64,000 nucleotides of DNA from Nitrospirales bacterium (GTDB taxonomy: Bacteria > Nitrospirota > Nitrospiria > Nitrospirales > UBA8639), in contig CBDBCZ010000014.1 in assembly GCA_965203295.1 (NCBI GenBank), positions 352,001-416,000 on the forward strand, given 5' to 3'. A program made the position numbers and the translations under genes. Shown piece by piece: positions 12,743-23,935 of the stretch. Position 1 is the stretch's first letter. The number at the start of each line of letters is the position of its first letter. The notes below the pieces were generated by a model. That model worked only from the letters and a program-made list of their open reading frames with translations, was not told the DNA's origin and did not search any database.

Positions 12743-13511
12743 ATTCATGGATCATAATTATTTGTCTCATAGGTCATCTTTATTCCCATTAATCTGTACA
12801 GATTTCCACATTGTTTTTGTAGGATATAAATTATGCATGTCTCATGGGTCAAATTTGGCCCGCTGCCCTTGGGGCGTGACTATAAAAATTTATCTATCTA
12901 TCTATCTATACAGTATGGGTCATAAAAAAGGTATGACATTATTAAGTCATTTGTTGGGCACTTTACTTTGTGGAACACTGTCAATGTCTCAAGAGCACAG
13001 GCAAGCAATGTTGATTCTGGCAATTGTAGTCTATTTGCAAATGTTCTTACATAGCTGGACAAAATGCAGTATCCGTGCCACAAGTCAAGGCACATGTACG
13101 TGTATGTGTATGTGCATTTTAGAAGCAATTGTACATGTACATGTATCACATTCTAAACCATTCGTTGGACACTTTACTTTGTGGAACACTGTCACTGTCT
13201 CAAGAACACAAATGTTAATTTGGGCAATTGCAGTTCATTTGCAATGTGCAAGTGTTCTTACATTGCTGGATGAAATATAGTACATGTACCATGGATAGTA
13301 CAATGTACATGCACATGCATACACATTTATGTACATTTTTGAAGCAATTGCGAAGTGATGATACACACACTGGAGGTGGTGATGAAAAGAATGCACAGGT
13401 GATGAAAAGAATGCACAGGTGATGAAAAGAATGCACAGGTGGTAGACAAGGAGTCCTGTGTATTTAAGCCATGCATTACTTTGCACTATGACTAGAAATT
13501 CTTAACTAAAG

Positions 13512-15088
13512 ATGGAAAGCTGCTACACTTACGTTCGTTTCTGCGGAAATAAATCCAAGCGGTGGGATGGGAAGTGTTCTGAAGTGCCCAGCAAAACAAT
13601 TGTGAAGACTGGACTCTGCAACGTAGAAGGGTTGGAAGAGGCAGACGTCCATTGGCCAGCAAAGGGCAGCAAGCCTGGCAAGGGGGGAAAGGTGTGGAAG
13701 TGCGTGATCTTGCCGGAGGAGGAGGCTGGCAGCGGTGGTGCAGGTACAGGCGCAGATGGCCCTTCGCCCAAGAAACAGAAAACCGATGATGGCGGTGCTT
13801 TGACAAAGCCGCTTAGTAAGTTGATCGCTGTTGACAGCATGCCGTGCCGAATAGGTCATGTGGTGTGCACGCGCATGTCATGTGCTAGTCTTGTCCCCAG
13901 CCTGCTAGTCATGTGCTAGTCTCGTCCCCAGCGCAGCCTGCTAGTCATGTGCCTACGTATTTGCTGACTTACCTACTTTGTCTTGACGTCTAGTACCTGA
14001 CACTGCAACCAAGATATTAGCTCAGACGACCCGTGCGCCGGAGGAGGATGATAAGAGCCCGGCGGTGGCGACACTATTGGCAGAGGTGTTTGGAGAGCCG
14101 GGTATGTCAGAGCTGCTGGCGCAGCCGGAAGCAGCAGCCATCCAGCCTGCACCTGCCTCGACCTCTCGCACAATCGAGCCTAGTATCGCCACCCCAGAGA
14201 TGCAAGGTATTACAAGTGACACTGCCTAAAAAAAAAAAATACATAGTTAATAGTAAATATCCCCTACATGTGTAGGTGTAGTTTGCACTGTATCACTGTT
14301 CTGTATTGGTCTGCCACTATTTAGAGTCATTCCAGCAGGAGATCCGGCGCACTCTACATCACATACTGCTCCGTTTTGACTCACTTGATCAGCAGATAGC
14401 TGGAATTAAGCAGCAGCAGCAGCAGGCAGTCCTCTACCCATCCCACGAGCAGGAGCAGGTGATCCTTTCATCACCTGCTCACTCCTTTGCCTCACATTGT
14501 TCGTATCGAGAAGAAGAACTGTATCCATCAAGTGCAGAACAGTATCATAGCTCCATTAAGTTTGCTCCATTTTCCTCTCCACCGACACCCTCCATGATGG
14601 CACCAACGCAGCCAGGTCCGAGCCATCATGCAGGCTCACAGCAGTTGACACCCAGGCAGAGCTACCATGCCCAGCACCATGCAGCCCTCCAACAGTCGAC
14701 ACCAAGCCAATCTACGTATGGATACTACAACACAGGCCCACCGCAGTCACGTTTTAAGGCTACCACTACTTTGAAGGTGCCACTGTCCCCAACCAAACAG
14801 AAGCTGAAACCAGTAGATGTTATTATTCGGCGTAATCGCAAGAATCTAAACCAGGCCGGCATCGGGAGGCTGGCGATTAGCCTTGCAAGGGAAAGTGTTT
14901 TCGGCCCTGATATCATGGCTGAAAATAAGATAACCGAAGATGGCTTGATCTTTATCGAACAAACATTGCACAATCTACTGAAGGATACCGTCTGTGATGA
15001 TGATTTCAATGAACATTATTGGAAGCCGGCACGTAAAGCCATCATGAGAGCCTGTGGTCATGCATCTAAAGGAAAAGAGACAGCTTAA
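13512..15088 (+). CDS. Three-exon BEN-domain accessory protein (426 aa predicted)
   Basis: Exons 13512-13815, 13994-14206 and 14325-15088 join through phase-1 GT-AG introns into a 1281-nt open frame; coiled coil FQQEIRRTLHHILLRFDSLDQQIAGIK; C-terminal GRLAISLARESVFG...YWKPARKAIMRAC BEN pattern. Confidence 0.8.
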
Positions 15089-15675
15089 ATATTATAGTAT
15101 GTATTTCAAACTCACTCACATGACAGATCTACAATAATTGGCACTGTACAACCCTGCATGTATTGTTTTTCCTTGTATACATTCATTCTCTTGTAGTACA
15201 TAACACACTTGAGTTATGTGATATCTATACATGCACTGTATGCTTACGCAAATAATTCTTTCATTCTGACATTACTTATTCCTTATACTACAATAGTACT
15301 AACTTTAATAGTAACTTGCATATAATATTGCCGTTGTACAAGCTCTGCATGATTATTACAATGCGGGAATGATGCTTGCATGATATCAGCGCATGTACCA
15401 ACAAAAAAGTTAAACCGCCTATTATCCTACTCCCAACCTCATAAAAATGAACATGATGTGTATGCATATGACATGGTAATATTTACTGTTTATACATTAT
15501 CTTCATGCATGTACATGTACATGTGTATGGCAACAGTAACGGCAGTAATGAATAATTAATTAAACAATGGAGGAATAAAACAAACAATAAGCGTTAGTTT
15601 ATAGTACCAAAACAAAACTGATTAGATCACTTATTGATACATATACTAATAATGCATGGCAGTAATGCATGACAA

Positions 15676-16801
15676 TTAGTGCCCTGAGGCTGCCCCTTGG
15701 ACCTCTATAACCCTTGGCATAACTTTCTTTAAATGTCCAATGTACTTTCTACATTTGGCTCTGTTTACAGTTCTCCAGAACTGGAGTATACCGTCTACTA
15801 GTCCGGCTTTGGTAGTTGGCTTGACTTCACGACGGATATATTCTTTCAATTCGTGCCATAGATTCTCAATAGGATTCAGATCGGGGGACTCAGGTGGTGT
15901 TTTCCACCAGTCTATTCTGTTTGCAGCAAAGAATGTACGGGCACGTTTTGATGTATGCTTGGGGTCATTATCTTGCATAAAGTAGTACTGCTCGCCATGA
16001 AACAAATCTTCAGCTGAGGGTAGTAACGTTTGCTTTAAAATCTCAACATATGCAATAGAGTTCATAATGCCCTCAAAGATACAGATCCCAGTAGCTCCTC
16101 TGCAGCTGATTCCAGCCCAGACATGTACTTTTACAGGGTGTTTGGGCCTGCAATCAAAGAAATATAGATTAAGGTGATATATTCAATCACAAAAGTGAGC
16201 TGTACAATGTTCAGTAATGTTACAAGAAAATCTGCAATTATCTGTCAGATGCATGATGCATTACTAACCTTGGTTTAGGTCGTGGCTTTTGTCCATGTTT
16301 TCTGCGGCAGAAACGACGATGATTTTCCAACTGCACAGTCGTCTCGTCTGTCCATATCACGTTAGCAAAGTCAGTGTTGAGGTTCTCCTGGCACCACAAT
16401 AGTCTTTTCTGTTTATTCACTTCCCTGATTTGTTGACAGTACGCTGCACCGCGGTATGTCCAACCTAGTTGCCTGCGACAACGTAGGATTGTGGAACGGG
16501 AAAGCTTTATTCCATTTGCTTGAAGAAGCTGGCCTAGTTGGACAGCTGTGGTCTCATCATCCTTTTGCATTTGGTTTTCTACCAATTCCTTGACTCTTGC
16601 TGTGATTTTTGTTGGTCTGAGACTCCCAGATCCTGATTTTCTAGTAGTGCTTTGACTCTCTCTAAACTTACGAAGCAAAGTCCACACTGACTTTTGTGAA
16701 TAGGCTAACCCTTCATCAGCTAGTGCTCTGCTGATAGCAGAGGGCTTTAGCCCTTTTGCAGCATGATACAGAGCTCTCCGTTTCACATACTCATCCACCA
16801 T
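15676..16801 (-). CDS. Tc1-family DD34E transposase, 2 exons (334 aa)
   Basis: Exons 16801-16269 and 16147-15676, with a 121-nt GT-AG intron inside KPR|PKHPVKVHVWAGIS; HTH N-terminus; WTDE, QDNDPKH and SPDLNPIE with 34-aa spacing; no stops. Confidence 0.93.
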
Positions 16802-17580
16802 CTTAACAAAAAGCTCACTGTTACGCATTGCAAACTGTGTTACATGGCAGTGTTGATGTGAATTGATACAAGTGAGTAACAATTGCACTCTTTTATAAAA
16901 AATGAGTGGTAATTGCACTCACTTGTGCAATGGGACAATTGTTCAACACTTGCATCCATAAGCAATTGGAAGAGCAATGAACTGGTGTTAATGTACTTAC
17001 ATATGTCTCCCAAGTGTGAAACGTGAGTTGTAATTGTGCATTGCAACAACTGTTCAACAATTGTTGCACCTACACTTGTAAGCAAGCACTTGTAAAGCAA
17101 TTGGAAGAGCAATGAACTGGTGTTAAATACACCTACATATGTCTTCCAATGTGGTATACATTACAATAATAGGTCAATTGCTAGCTAGTGACTCTGCCTG
17201 AATGCAATATTACAGATTGAAGTTCAAAGACCATTTGCCTTACAATTGTTATACCTTTTTTATGACCCATACTGTAGTATTGTGTAAGTGGTTAGTGGGT
17301 TTAGTATGTGTGGTTACCCAGTTGGTATTCCCAGCCTTTAGGGTTGCATTGCTAACAAACTCTGGACCACAATTGACATAATTTTTTTTCGCAGATGCAG
17401 ATCAATATAGAGTTTAACGCAACATCAAGGGACTTTCCCCAGATGTGGTAGGTCAAAGTTAATAGGCGTTGACGCATGCGCAGAGGATACAGTGACCATG
17501 AGGTCCCAGATAGCTGCTGGACACCGCACAAGTCGATCGAAAGACTCCAAGCGCGCCAATTTCTCCACGTTGCTGATCCG

Positions 17581-18718
17581 ATGGCCAAAGAAAGAAACTC
17601 TCGGAGCCGATCACGCTCTCCATCGCCAAAACGTATTCGCCTCAAGCTCACCCGGGAAGAGTTGCCCGACCCCGCAGTGCTGGCGAACCTGCAACTGCCG
17701 ATAATCCCAGCGGAGGAGGCGAGGAACGCTACACTGGCGGCCAGCGAGTCCCTAGGGAACCCTGGTGGCGAAGAGGTACCCCCGGCCCCCGTCTTGAAGG
17801 CAGGGACGTCCCACAACCCCGCGAAAGGGAGCGCAGGGAAAGCAACCTGCAAAGGGGAAGCAGCCAGCACAAGAAAAAAAAAACCTGAGCAGCCCTTTAT
17901 CCTGGGGGAAGGGCTACCCACGGTGCCAGCCAAGCTAGCAGGGAGGATTCACCGTGGGGAGTTCGTCAAAATGGCCGAACTCCTCCAAGACAACATCGAG
18001 GCAGAGCGGTGGCGGGGGTCGGTCCCCGACAACACCTGTGCCGGAGGGGTAGAAAAGGCCAGACAGCAGCGAGAGGTGCCCGACCTGCTAAGCTGGGTTC
18101 AGTGCTTCGGGGTGTACGCCTGCGTTGTAGCGAGCAAGCACCCCGATAAAATCAGAGAGATGATGGCCTACCAGACTACCATCATCTGTGAAGCCCGGCG
18201 CTGCGGAGGGGCAGGCTGGCAGGGCTATGACAATATGTTTCGCCAGCACGCCACCAACCTGCCCAACATTGATTGGTCAAAAGTGAATAACTCTCTCTTC
18301 GCGGTCACCTTCATGGCTCAACAGAACAGCCGTGGGAAGAACTGCGAGTTGTGCCTCGAGCCCGACCACACAGTGACGGAGTGCGCCCTGGCCCCAGCAA
18401 AGCCGAGGAAGCCACCGACACAGCGCCAGCCGGCGGGGCTGGGGATTGTGCCAGCTGGTCAGCACCGGGCTGGCTCCAGCAGGGGTCCAGGGACGAGTAC
18501 ACTGGACCCAGGGGCCAGACAGCCAGCAAGCCCCCGGCAGACCGGCCAGACCGGGTCTGCTACTCTTGGACGACGGCACGTGCCGATTCATCAACTGCCG
18601 CTACAGGCACGAGTGCGCCCGTTGTGGGGGAGATCACCGGGCTGTGGAGTGCCCATTGCGTCCACCGCCAACTTTCAGGCCCAGGCAGGGCCCAAACGCA
18701 CCCCAGAGAGGTGGTTAG
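17581..18718 (+). pseudogene. DIRS/Ngaro tyrosine-recombinase retrotransposon gag-like ORF
   Basis: GEGLPTVPAKL..RIHRGEFV.MAELL, WVQCFGVY..V, MMAYQTTI..EARR.GG.GW.GYD.MFRQ; C-terminal CCCH/CCHC fingers (CYSW..GTCRFINCRYRHECARCGGDH) reached via two frameshifts. Confidence 0.85.
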
Positions 18719-18844
18719 CTGCAGAGGGGGCGCGCAGTAGAGGCGAACAAAGAGACCGCTGTTGTGTTTGTCTTAGCCACATGTACTTGGCTTCTCGTAT
18801 GGTTTTGTTTGGTTGCGCATGAATGACATTGTGTGTGTACACAG

Positions 18845-19065
18845 GAGCTGATGATGGAGAACTGCACGCACCTTTGCCATTGCAGTCTAGTTTGGCCAGA
18901 TTTATTCATTTCCCATCTCCTCCATCGAAGATTCCTGTCATGAATGAGAAGGCAAGTGCCAGAGTTCTAACAAGTTGTGAGAACATGAAGCTGCTCGAAG
19001 AGAAGCAGAAAGCCAAAGCTGAAAAATCTAAGAAGCAGAGGCCCAAAAAGTCAGTTTCTACTGGT
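18845..19065 (+). pseudogene. Pogo/Tigger-like transposase C-terminal fragment
   Basis: KASARVLTSCENMKLLEEKQKAKAEK resembles the ARxLTS.E..LEEK tail of pogo-type transposases. Confidence 0.5.
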
Positions 19066-19375
19066 AAGACACTATTTTATACATAAGTGCATGTATATGA
19101 GCTCTATTGCATGGCCATGTGCTGTATAGTTCATGTGCTATTGAGGCCACGTTTACACGGAGACGTTTACATCAGTAAGCGCTATCTAACCTGTCCGTTT
19201 ACGGGTCGCGTTTACACGTAAACAGCTAAAACGGGAAACAAAAACGTATTAATCTGAAGACGCCTACCAAAGTGTAGTGTTTTCAAAACGCTGCGTTTTC
19301 CTTCCGGTATAAACGCCCTAAACGGTTAACGCAGCAATTTTCCGCGTGGTTCGACTAGTCTAATTAAAGCCCAAC

Positions 19376-20656
19376 ATGGAGAACGCACTGGTAGCCTCGC
19401 TCGTGGTTCTAATAGCCGGTTTATCAGCAATCTACCAGCTCAACTGTCTTCTAATGCACATGAATAGTGCTATATACTATCTGTGGAAGAAGAAAGCTTC
19501 GCAGGTTATCGCGTTTTCCGGACAGAAGTCGACGAGAAGGCGCTTGAAAAGACTGATGAGAGTAGCCAAACCAAGGAGATTCTGGGTAAGGCCAGGGAGG
19601 ACTCGTGCATGGTGGGATAACTTTGTGACAGACACAGTAATTTCAGAGGAATGGAAAGAAAATTTCAGGATGAGTAAAGATAGTTTTTACAAGCTGTGTG
19701 AGGAGCTACGTCCTTACATCCAGAGGCAGACAACTATCATGCGCTCACCTGTCGAAGTTGAAAGGCAAGTTGCTGTTACTCTTTACTACTTTGCTGATGA
19801 AGGTAGACTCCGAAAAACGGCGAATGCTTTTGGACTTTCTAGGCCATGTGTTTCAATTATTATTCGTCGTGTAGCACGTGCTGTAGCTGTTCACCTTGGA
19901 CCGAAGTATATACAACTTCCATTGACTGAAGATGCTGTGAAGGACAAGGTGACAAACTTTTTTCAAACTTTTGGTGTTCCACAGTGTCTTGGTGCTGTTG
20001 ATGGCACTCATATTGAAATAAAGCAGCCTTCAGTCAATTCTACTGACTACGTAAACAGGAAAAGCCGTTTCTCTCTAAATGTTCAGGCTTGCTGTGACTA
20101 CAAGTACTGCTTTATGGATGTTGTTGTCAAATGGCCAGGAAGCGTTCATGACGCACGGATATTTTTTAATTCGAAATTGAATCACTTGCTGAAAGCCAAG
20201 AAAATACCTGCATGTCCACGATCTATTCTGGAAGATGAAGACACTATTCCAGTGTTCCTTGTGGGAGACCCAGCATATCCATTGATGCCCTACCTAATGA
20301 AGGAATATGCAAATAGTGGATCTTCTCGACAGGAACAATATTTTGGGTACAGGCTTTGTAGTGCAAGAAATGTGATTGAATGTGCATTTGGGCATCTAAA
20401 AGCTAGATTTGCTATACTTAAGCGAGCAATGGACATTAATATGGATGACTTGCCATTTGTTATATACGCCTGTTTTGTCCTTCATAATTTCTGCGAAATA
20501 AATAGAGAGTCTGTAAGCGAAGAAAGAGTTAGAATGGCTATTAGCTATGATAGGGATTTTCAACCGAGAACTACTACCAATAAGTACCTGACTGATTGTA
20601 ATGAAGCCGAGGGGAAGAGGGTGAGAAGAGTTCTTACAAAGTATTTCGACCCCTAG
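19376..20656 (+). CDS. Harbinger (HARBI1-like) DDE transposase, 426 aa
   Basis: [63 protein letters not shown] and CFVLHNF motifs. Confidence 0.96.
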   Translation: MENALVASLVVLIAGLSAIYQLNCLLMHMNSAIYYLWKKKASQVIAFSGQKSTRRRLKRLMRVAKPRRFWVRPGRTRAWWDNFVTDTVISEEWKENFRMSKDSFYKLCEELRPYIQRQTTIMRSPVEVERQVAVTLYYFADEGRLRKTANAFGLSRPCVSIIIRRVARAVAVHLGPKYIQLPLTEDAVKDKVTNFFQTFGVPQCLGAVDGTHIEIKQPSVNSTDYVNRKSRFSLNVQACCDYKYCFMDVVVKWPGSVHDARIFFNSKLNHLLKAKKIPACPRSILEDEDTIPVFLVGDPAYPLMPYLMKEYANSGSSRQEQYFGYRLCSARNVIECAFGHLKARFAILKRAMDINMDDLPFVIYACFVLHNFCEINRESVSEERVRMAISYDRDFQPRTTTNKYLTDCNEAEGKRVRRVLTKYFDP

Positions 20657-21105
20657 ACTGTTTACCCTATGTAATGTGTGCATACATTGTACTTACCACT
20701 TGACTTTACTTGTATTTGTCTATTGTATTCAAAATGTATGATCTCTTTATTAATTTCCAGTGAAACTCCCCACACACACACACTACAACACACGCTTGCA
20801 TAAACACAAACACGCGAACATGCACACATACACACACACACACACTAACTACAGCTGTCCTTGCATGCATCTCACAGTTATGTATACATGTAGAAAGTTG
20901 CTTGATGCTAAGTGATGACATGGAGAAACTGCAGAAAGCAATTCACAGCTGTTATCTTGTACACAGGAGGAACTAATTTTGTTCTCTTAGAGGTGCCATG
21001 CATGCTCATGCATAATTATTAGTAGCAATGAGTGGCCATAAAGAGTTCTTCCATCAGTGTTCATTACAACAAGTATTATTGTAATACATACTGATCTATC
21101 AGTTT

Positions 21106-22083
21106 TCAGTCTTGTCCATATCCATCTTCAGCAGACGAGGGATCAAATGCAGAGGGATTAAATGCGCCATAGGGACCAGGAGAAGGCATTGATGGTTGAA
21201 AAGGATATACCTGACTTGGCTGTGGATGTGGGTACATAGATTGCAGACCGACTAGGTTTTGCAGAATGGAAAATCCATTTGCTATTGAATTCGTCAGCTT
21301 TTCCATATTTGTAGATAGTCTAGACATATTCTTACTGTATTGTTTCTCCATCCGATCCATTTGATCAACGAGTTTCCGTTTGATTCGGAGTTCCTCCTGT
21401 GCACAAGATAACAGCTGTGAATCGACAGGAAGCTTACGCTTCAATTTCTCCTGCTTAAAATTGCTTAGTTTTGCATCAAGCAACTTTCTTCTATGACCAA
21501 CAGCTGACTGTGGGACAGATGCTGGAGTGGTTGCTGTTGATTCTTCACTGTCATCGTGACAAGCTAATGACTCTGGCTCTTTGGGATCTGACGAATTTGA
21601 ACCACAGGACTCACCCTGGGAGACTGGAGACTCTGGGGATTGTTCTATAACCGATTCACTACTGGTGGGATCGATATCACCGGTTTCTAGCCCTCCTTCA
21701 ATTTGATCAGTGGCTGGCGATCCCCCCCAAATTCTCTCGCACAACTCGTAATACAGAAGAACTACTCTCCCATGGCCACTGCGTCTCCCAGAGTCTACTG
21801 CGTGCCGATACTTCAATCGTATATTTTTCAGTTTTGTCGACAGAATTTGTTTAGTGATAGCACTTCTTTCATGGGGATAGTCTTTACCGCTCTCTCTTGC
21901 TTCCTCTGGACTAGATGGCAATGCTTCCTGCATAAGCACTAGTATGTCGTCATACTTACTTTTTACTGACTCCCAGTCAACGCTCTCAGAACTCTTTTGG
22001 ACTTTGTACTCGTTAGCAACGGTAAGGAGAAGTTCCGCCTCGTCGTCTGTCCATTTAAACTCGTTCCCTGTTTTTCTAGGCAT
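21106..22083 (-). CDS. Harbinger Myb/SANT-like DNA-binding protein (~325 aa)
   Basis: FKWTDDEAELLL...WESVKSKY...KLKNIRLKYRHAVDSGRRSGHG..YELCERIWGGSPA; C-terminal coiled coil; convergent with the transposase. Confidence 0.92.
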   Translation of the reverse strand: MPRKTGNEFKWTDDEAELLLTVANEYKVQKSSESVDWESVKSKYDDILVLMQEALPSSPEEARESGKDYPHERSAITKQILSTKLKNIRLKYRHAVDSGRRSGHGRVVLLYYELCERIWGGSPATDQIEGGLETGDIDPTSSESVIEQSPESPVSQGESCGSNSSDPKEPESLACHDDSEESTATTPASVPQSAVGHRRKLLDAKLSNFKQEKLKRKLPVDSQLLSCAQEELRIKRKLVDQMDRMEKQYSKNMSRLSTNMEKLTNSIANGFSILQNLVGLQSMYPHPQPSQVYPFQPSMPSPGPYGAFNPSAFDPSSAEDGYGQD

Positions 22084-23569
22084 CTTCTCAAGAAACAGAT
22101 GAACCGCGTACCGCGCCTGATTCTCCCATCTCACGTGCACTTTACGTGTACACGTGATTGAAACGTATTCATGTAAACGCGGGCAAAAACGGATTCCGTT
22201 TGTGTAAACGCGGTTTAAACGGATTCCGTTTAAACCGCGTTTTCATCCAGGGGTGCGGAAACGTCTCCGTGTAAACGTGGCCTGAATTGGAGATGTTTAC
22301 CCAGCAGTTGTACATGTAGCAATTCACTAGGACTCTCCCCACATTACTCTTGCTCTCTTGGAAGGCCTGGGAATATGACTAGCACATATAGCCCCTCTCT
22401 CAGCTCTTACGTGTGGCTGTAGCTATATAGTCATAGCTCCTTCAAAGTGCTGGGTTTTACACGGGCATGATTATTCATGGCGGGGCTGAAGATATTTCCC
22501 TCTGGATTTTACAAAAAAACTTGCCACATACTCAGCCACATACTCAGTGATTGAAACTTGCACGTTTTCCCACATGGTCTAAATAGCACAGAATGTTAAT
22601 TAGTGAAAAATATGGCAATTTTAATAATTCACAATTTTGGCAGTACTCATTTTTGGGGAGAGAGGCAGTAATCTCAGCCCCCCCCCCATGCAACCCTGGA
22701 GTATGTTCCAGATAGAAGTCCCAAGTCTTAAGGTATCAATACTTTACTTTTAGTTTGTTCGTGTGTTCGTCCATCACGGATGTGACGTCACCCACGTGTT
22801 TGTACAAGAAAATGCGAGATGTCCTGCCCTGACCTTCAACCTGACCCTACCTTCACCCTGCATGTTTAATCGAGCGATGAGATATTTTTGTGGCGTCATC
22901 GTCTAGAAGTAGTAGTAGTAGTAAGTAGCCGGAACCCAGTGCTCGCAATCGCCAAAGCCGCCATCGCGCGAGAATGCCAGTGCAGGAGATGGACGACTGT
23001 CACCGAATACGGGGGCGAAGAGGGCTGCTTGAGCTGGACAGAGCCAACTCAAGAGAGACGCCCAACAGCAGTAGAAGCTGCCCATCTGCAGAGACTGGAA
23101 CAACGGAAAATGCGGCTCTGCTACCTGTGAATTCAGGCACATCTGCATCGAGTGTCACGGCGATCACCCGGAAATTTTTTGCCCCAGGCAACGACTGAAA
23201 CCATACTACAAACCCTTTCGGCCTACGCAAAGGTACCAGTCCTACAGAAGCCCCTTTCGAAGGGGACGAGGAGGCGGCCAGCGTTGAGGCCCCCTCCTCT
23301 ACTAACTTAGATCCCATGCACCATTACAATCGCATGAACACCCAATTATTTTTACCCATTTTTGGAAGATTATTACCCTCCATTGATGCTCCTGCACCCA
23401 CACACCGACAGTTGATTATCAGCACCTTCACACGGTATAACACACAGCAGCAATAGGCAGGACGCTAAGCAAGATTCAAGCAACAGCTCCACCGTAACCC
23501 CCCACTCACCCACCACTCGTAACACACATGTAATTAATCACATTAAAGCCCCTGATGGGTCAAAAATTC

Positions 23570-23935
23570 ATGCGTATACAGCGGACCTACTAGCCCTCCA
23601 GTCATGTTGCCCAGTCACCACCAACCCTCTTCCTCCCAGCTGTTGCAACATCGTAACCCCTTTACAAGCAGATGCCTGGGAAAGGGCCTTGGCCAATCAC
23701 CCGGATCGCAGGTTCAGTAACTACATAGTAGCGGGGATAACCAATGGTTCAGAGTTGGCTTTGAGCACGGCTCACACAACTTGCAGCTAGCCAGGGCGAA
23801 CATGCAGTCAGCATTAGAGTACCCTGAGCCAGTGCTGAACTACTTGCGAGCAGAGGTAGAGGCTGGACAGGTGATTGGTCCCCTAGAGCCAGCACAGTTC
23901 CCGTCAGTTCAAGTAAGCAGTTTCGGGGTGATAAT
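23570..23935 (+). pseudogene. DIRS/Ngaro reverse transcriptase N-terminal fragment
   Basis: YTADLLALQSC..IVTPLQADAWERALANHPDRRF...NMQSALEYPEPVLNYLRAEVEAGQVIGP..VQVSSFGVI; one frameshift; truncated. Confidence 0.85.

Larger units (their letters stand above)
12911..17274. mobile_element. Complete two-gene Tc1-type DNA transposon (DD34E transposase + BEN accessory gene), 4364 bp
   Basis: Perfect 24-bp TIR CAGTATGGGTCATAAAAAAGGTAT (12911-12934 / 17251-17274; 27 of 28 match), TA on both sides (12909-10, 17275-76), two convergent spliced genes inside. Confidence 0.95.
19145..22282. mobile_element. Complete autonomous PIF/Harbinger transposon, 3138 bp
   Basis: Perfect 24-bp TIR GGCCACGTTTACACGGAGACGTTT; 3-bp TSD TGA (19142-44 / 22283-85); two convergent intact ORFs. 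Confidence 0.97.

Noticed and set aside
12702..13486. 192-aa and overlapping ORFs
   Set aside because: They cross the retroposon tail/TIR junction and subterminal repeats, with no protein-like motifs
17476..18822. 448-aa ORF as an intact gene
   Set aside because: The conserved gag zinc fingers lie in other frames; the ORF tail is out-of-frame read-through
22740..23560. Possible Helitron/Helentron 5' fragment with a charged-repeat ORF
   Set aside because: Too degenerate; no Rep or helicase motifs to support a call
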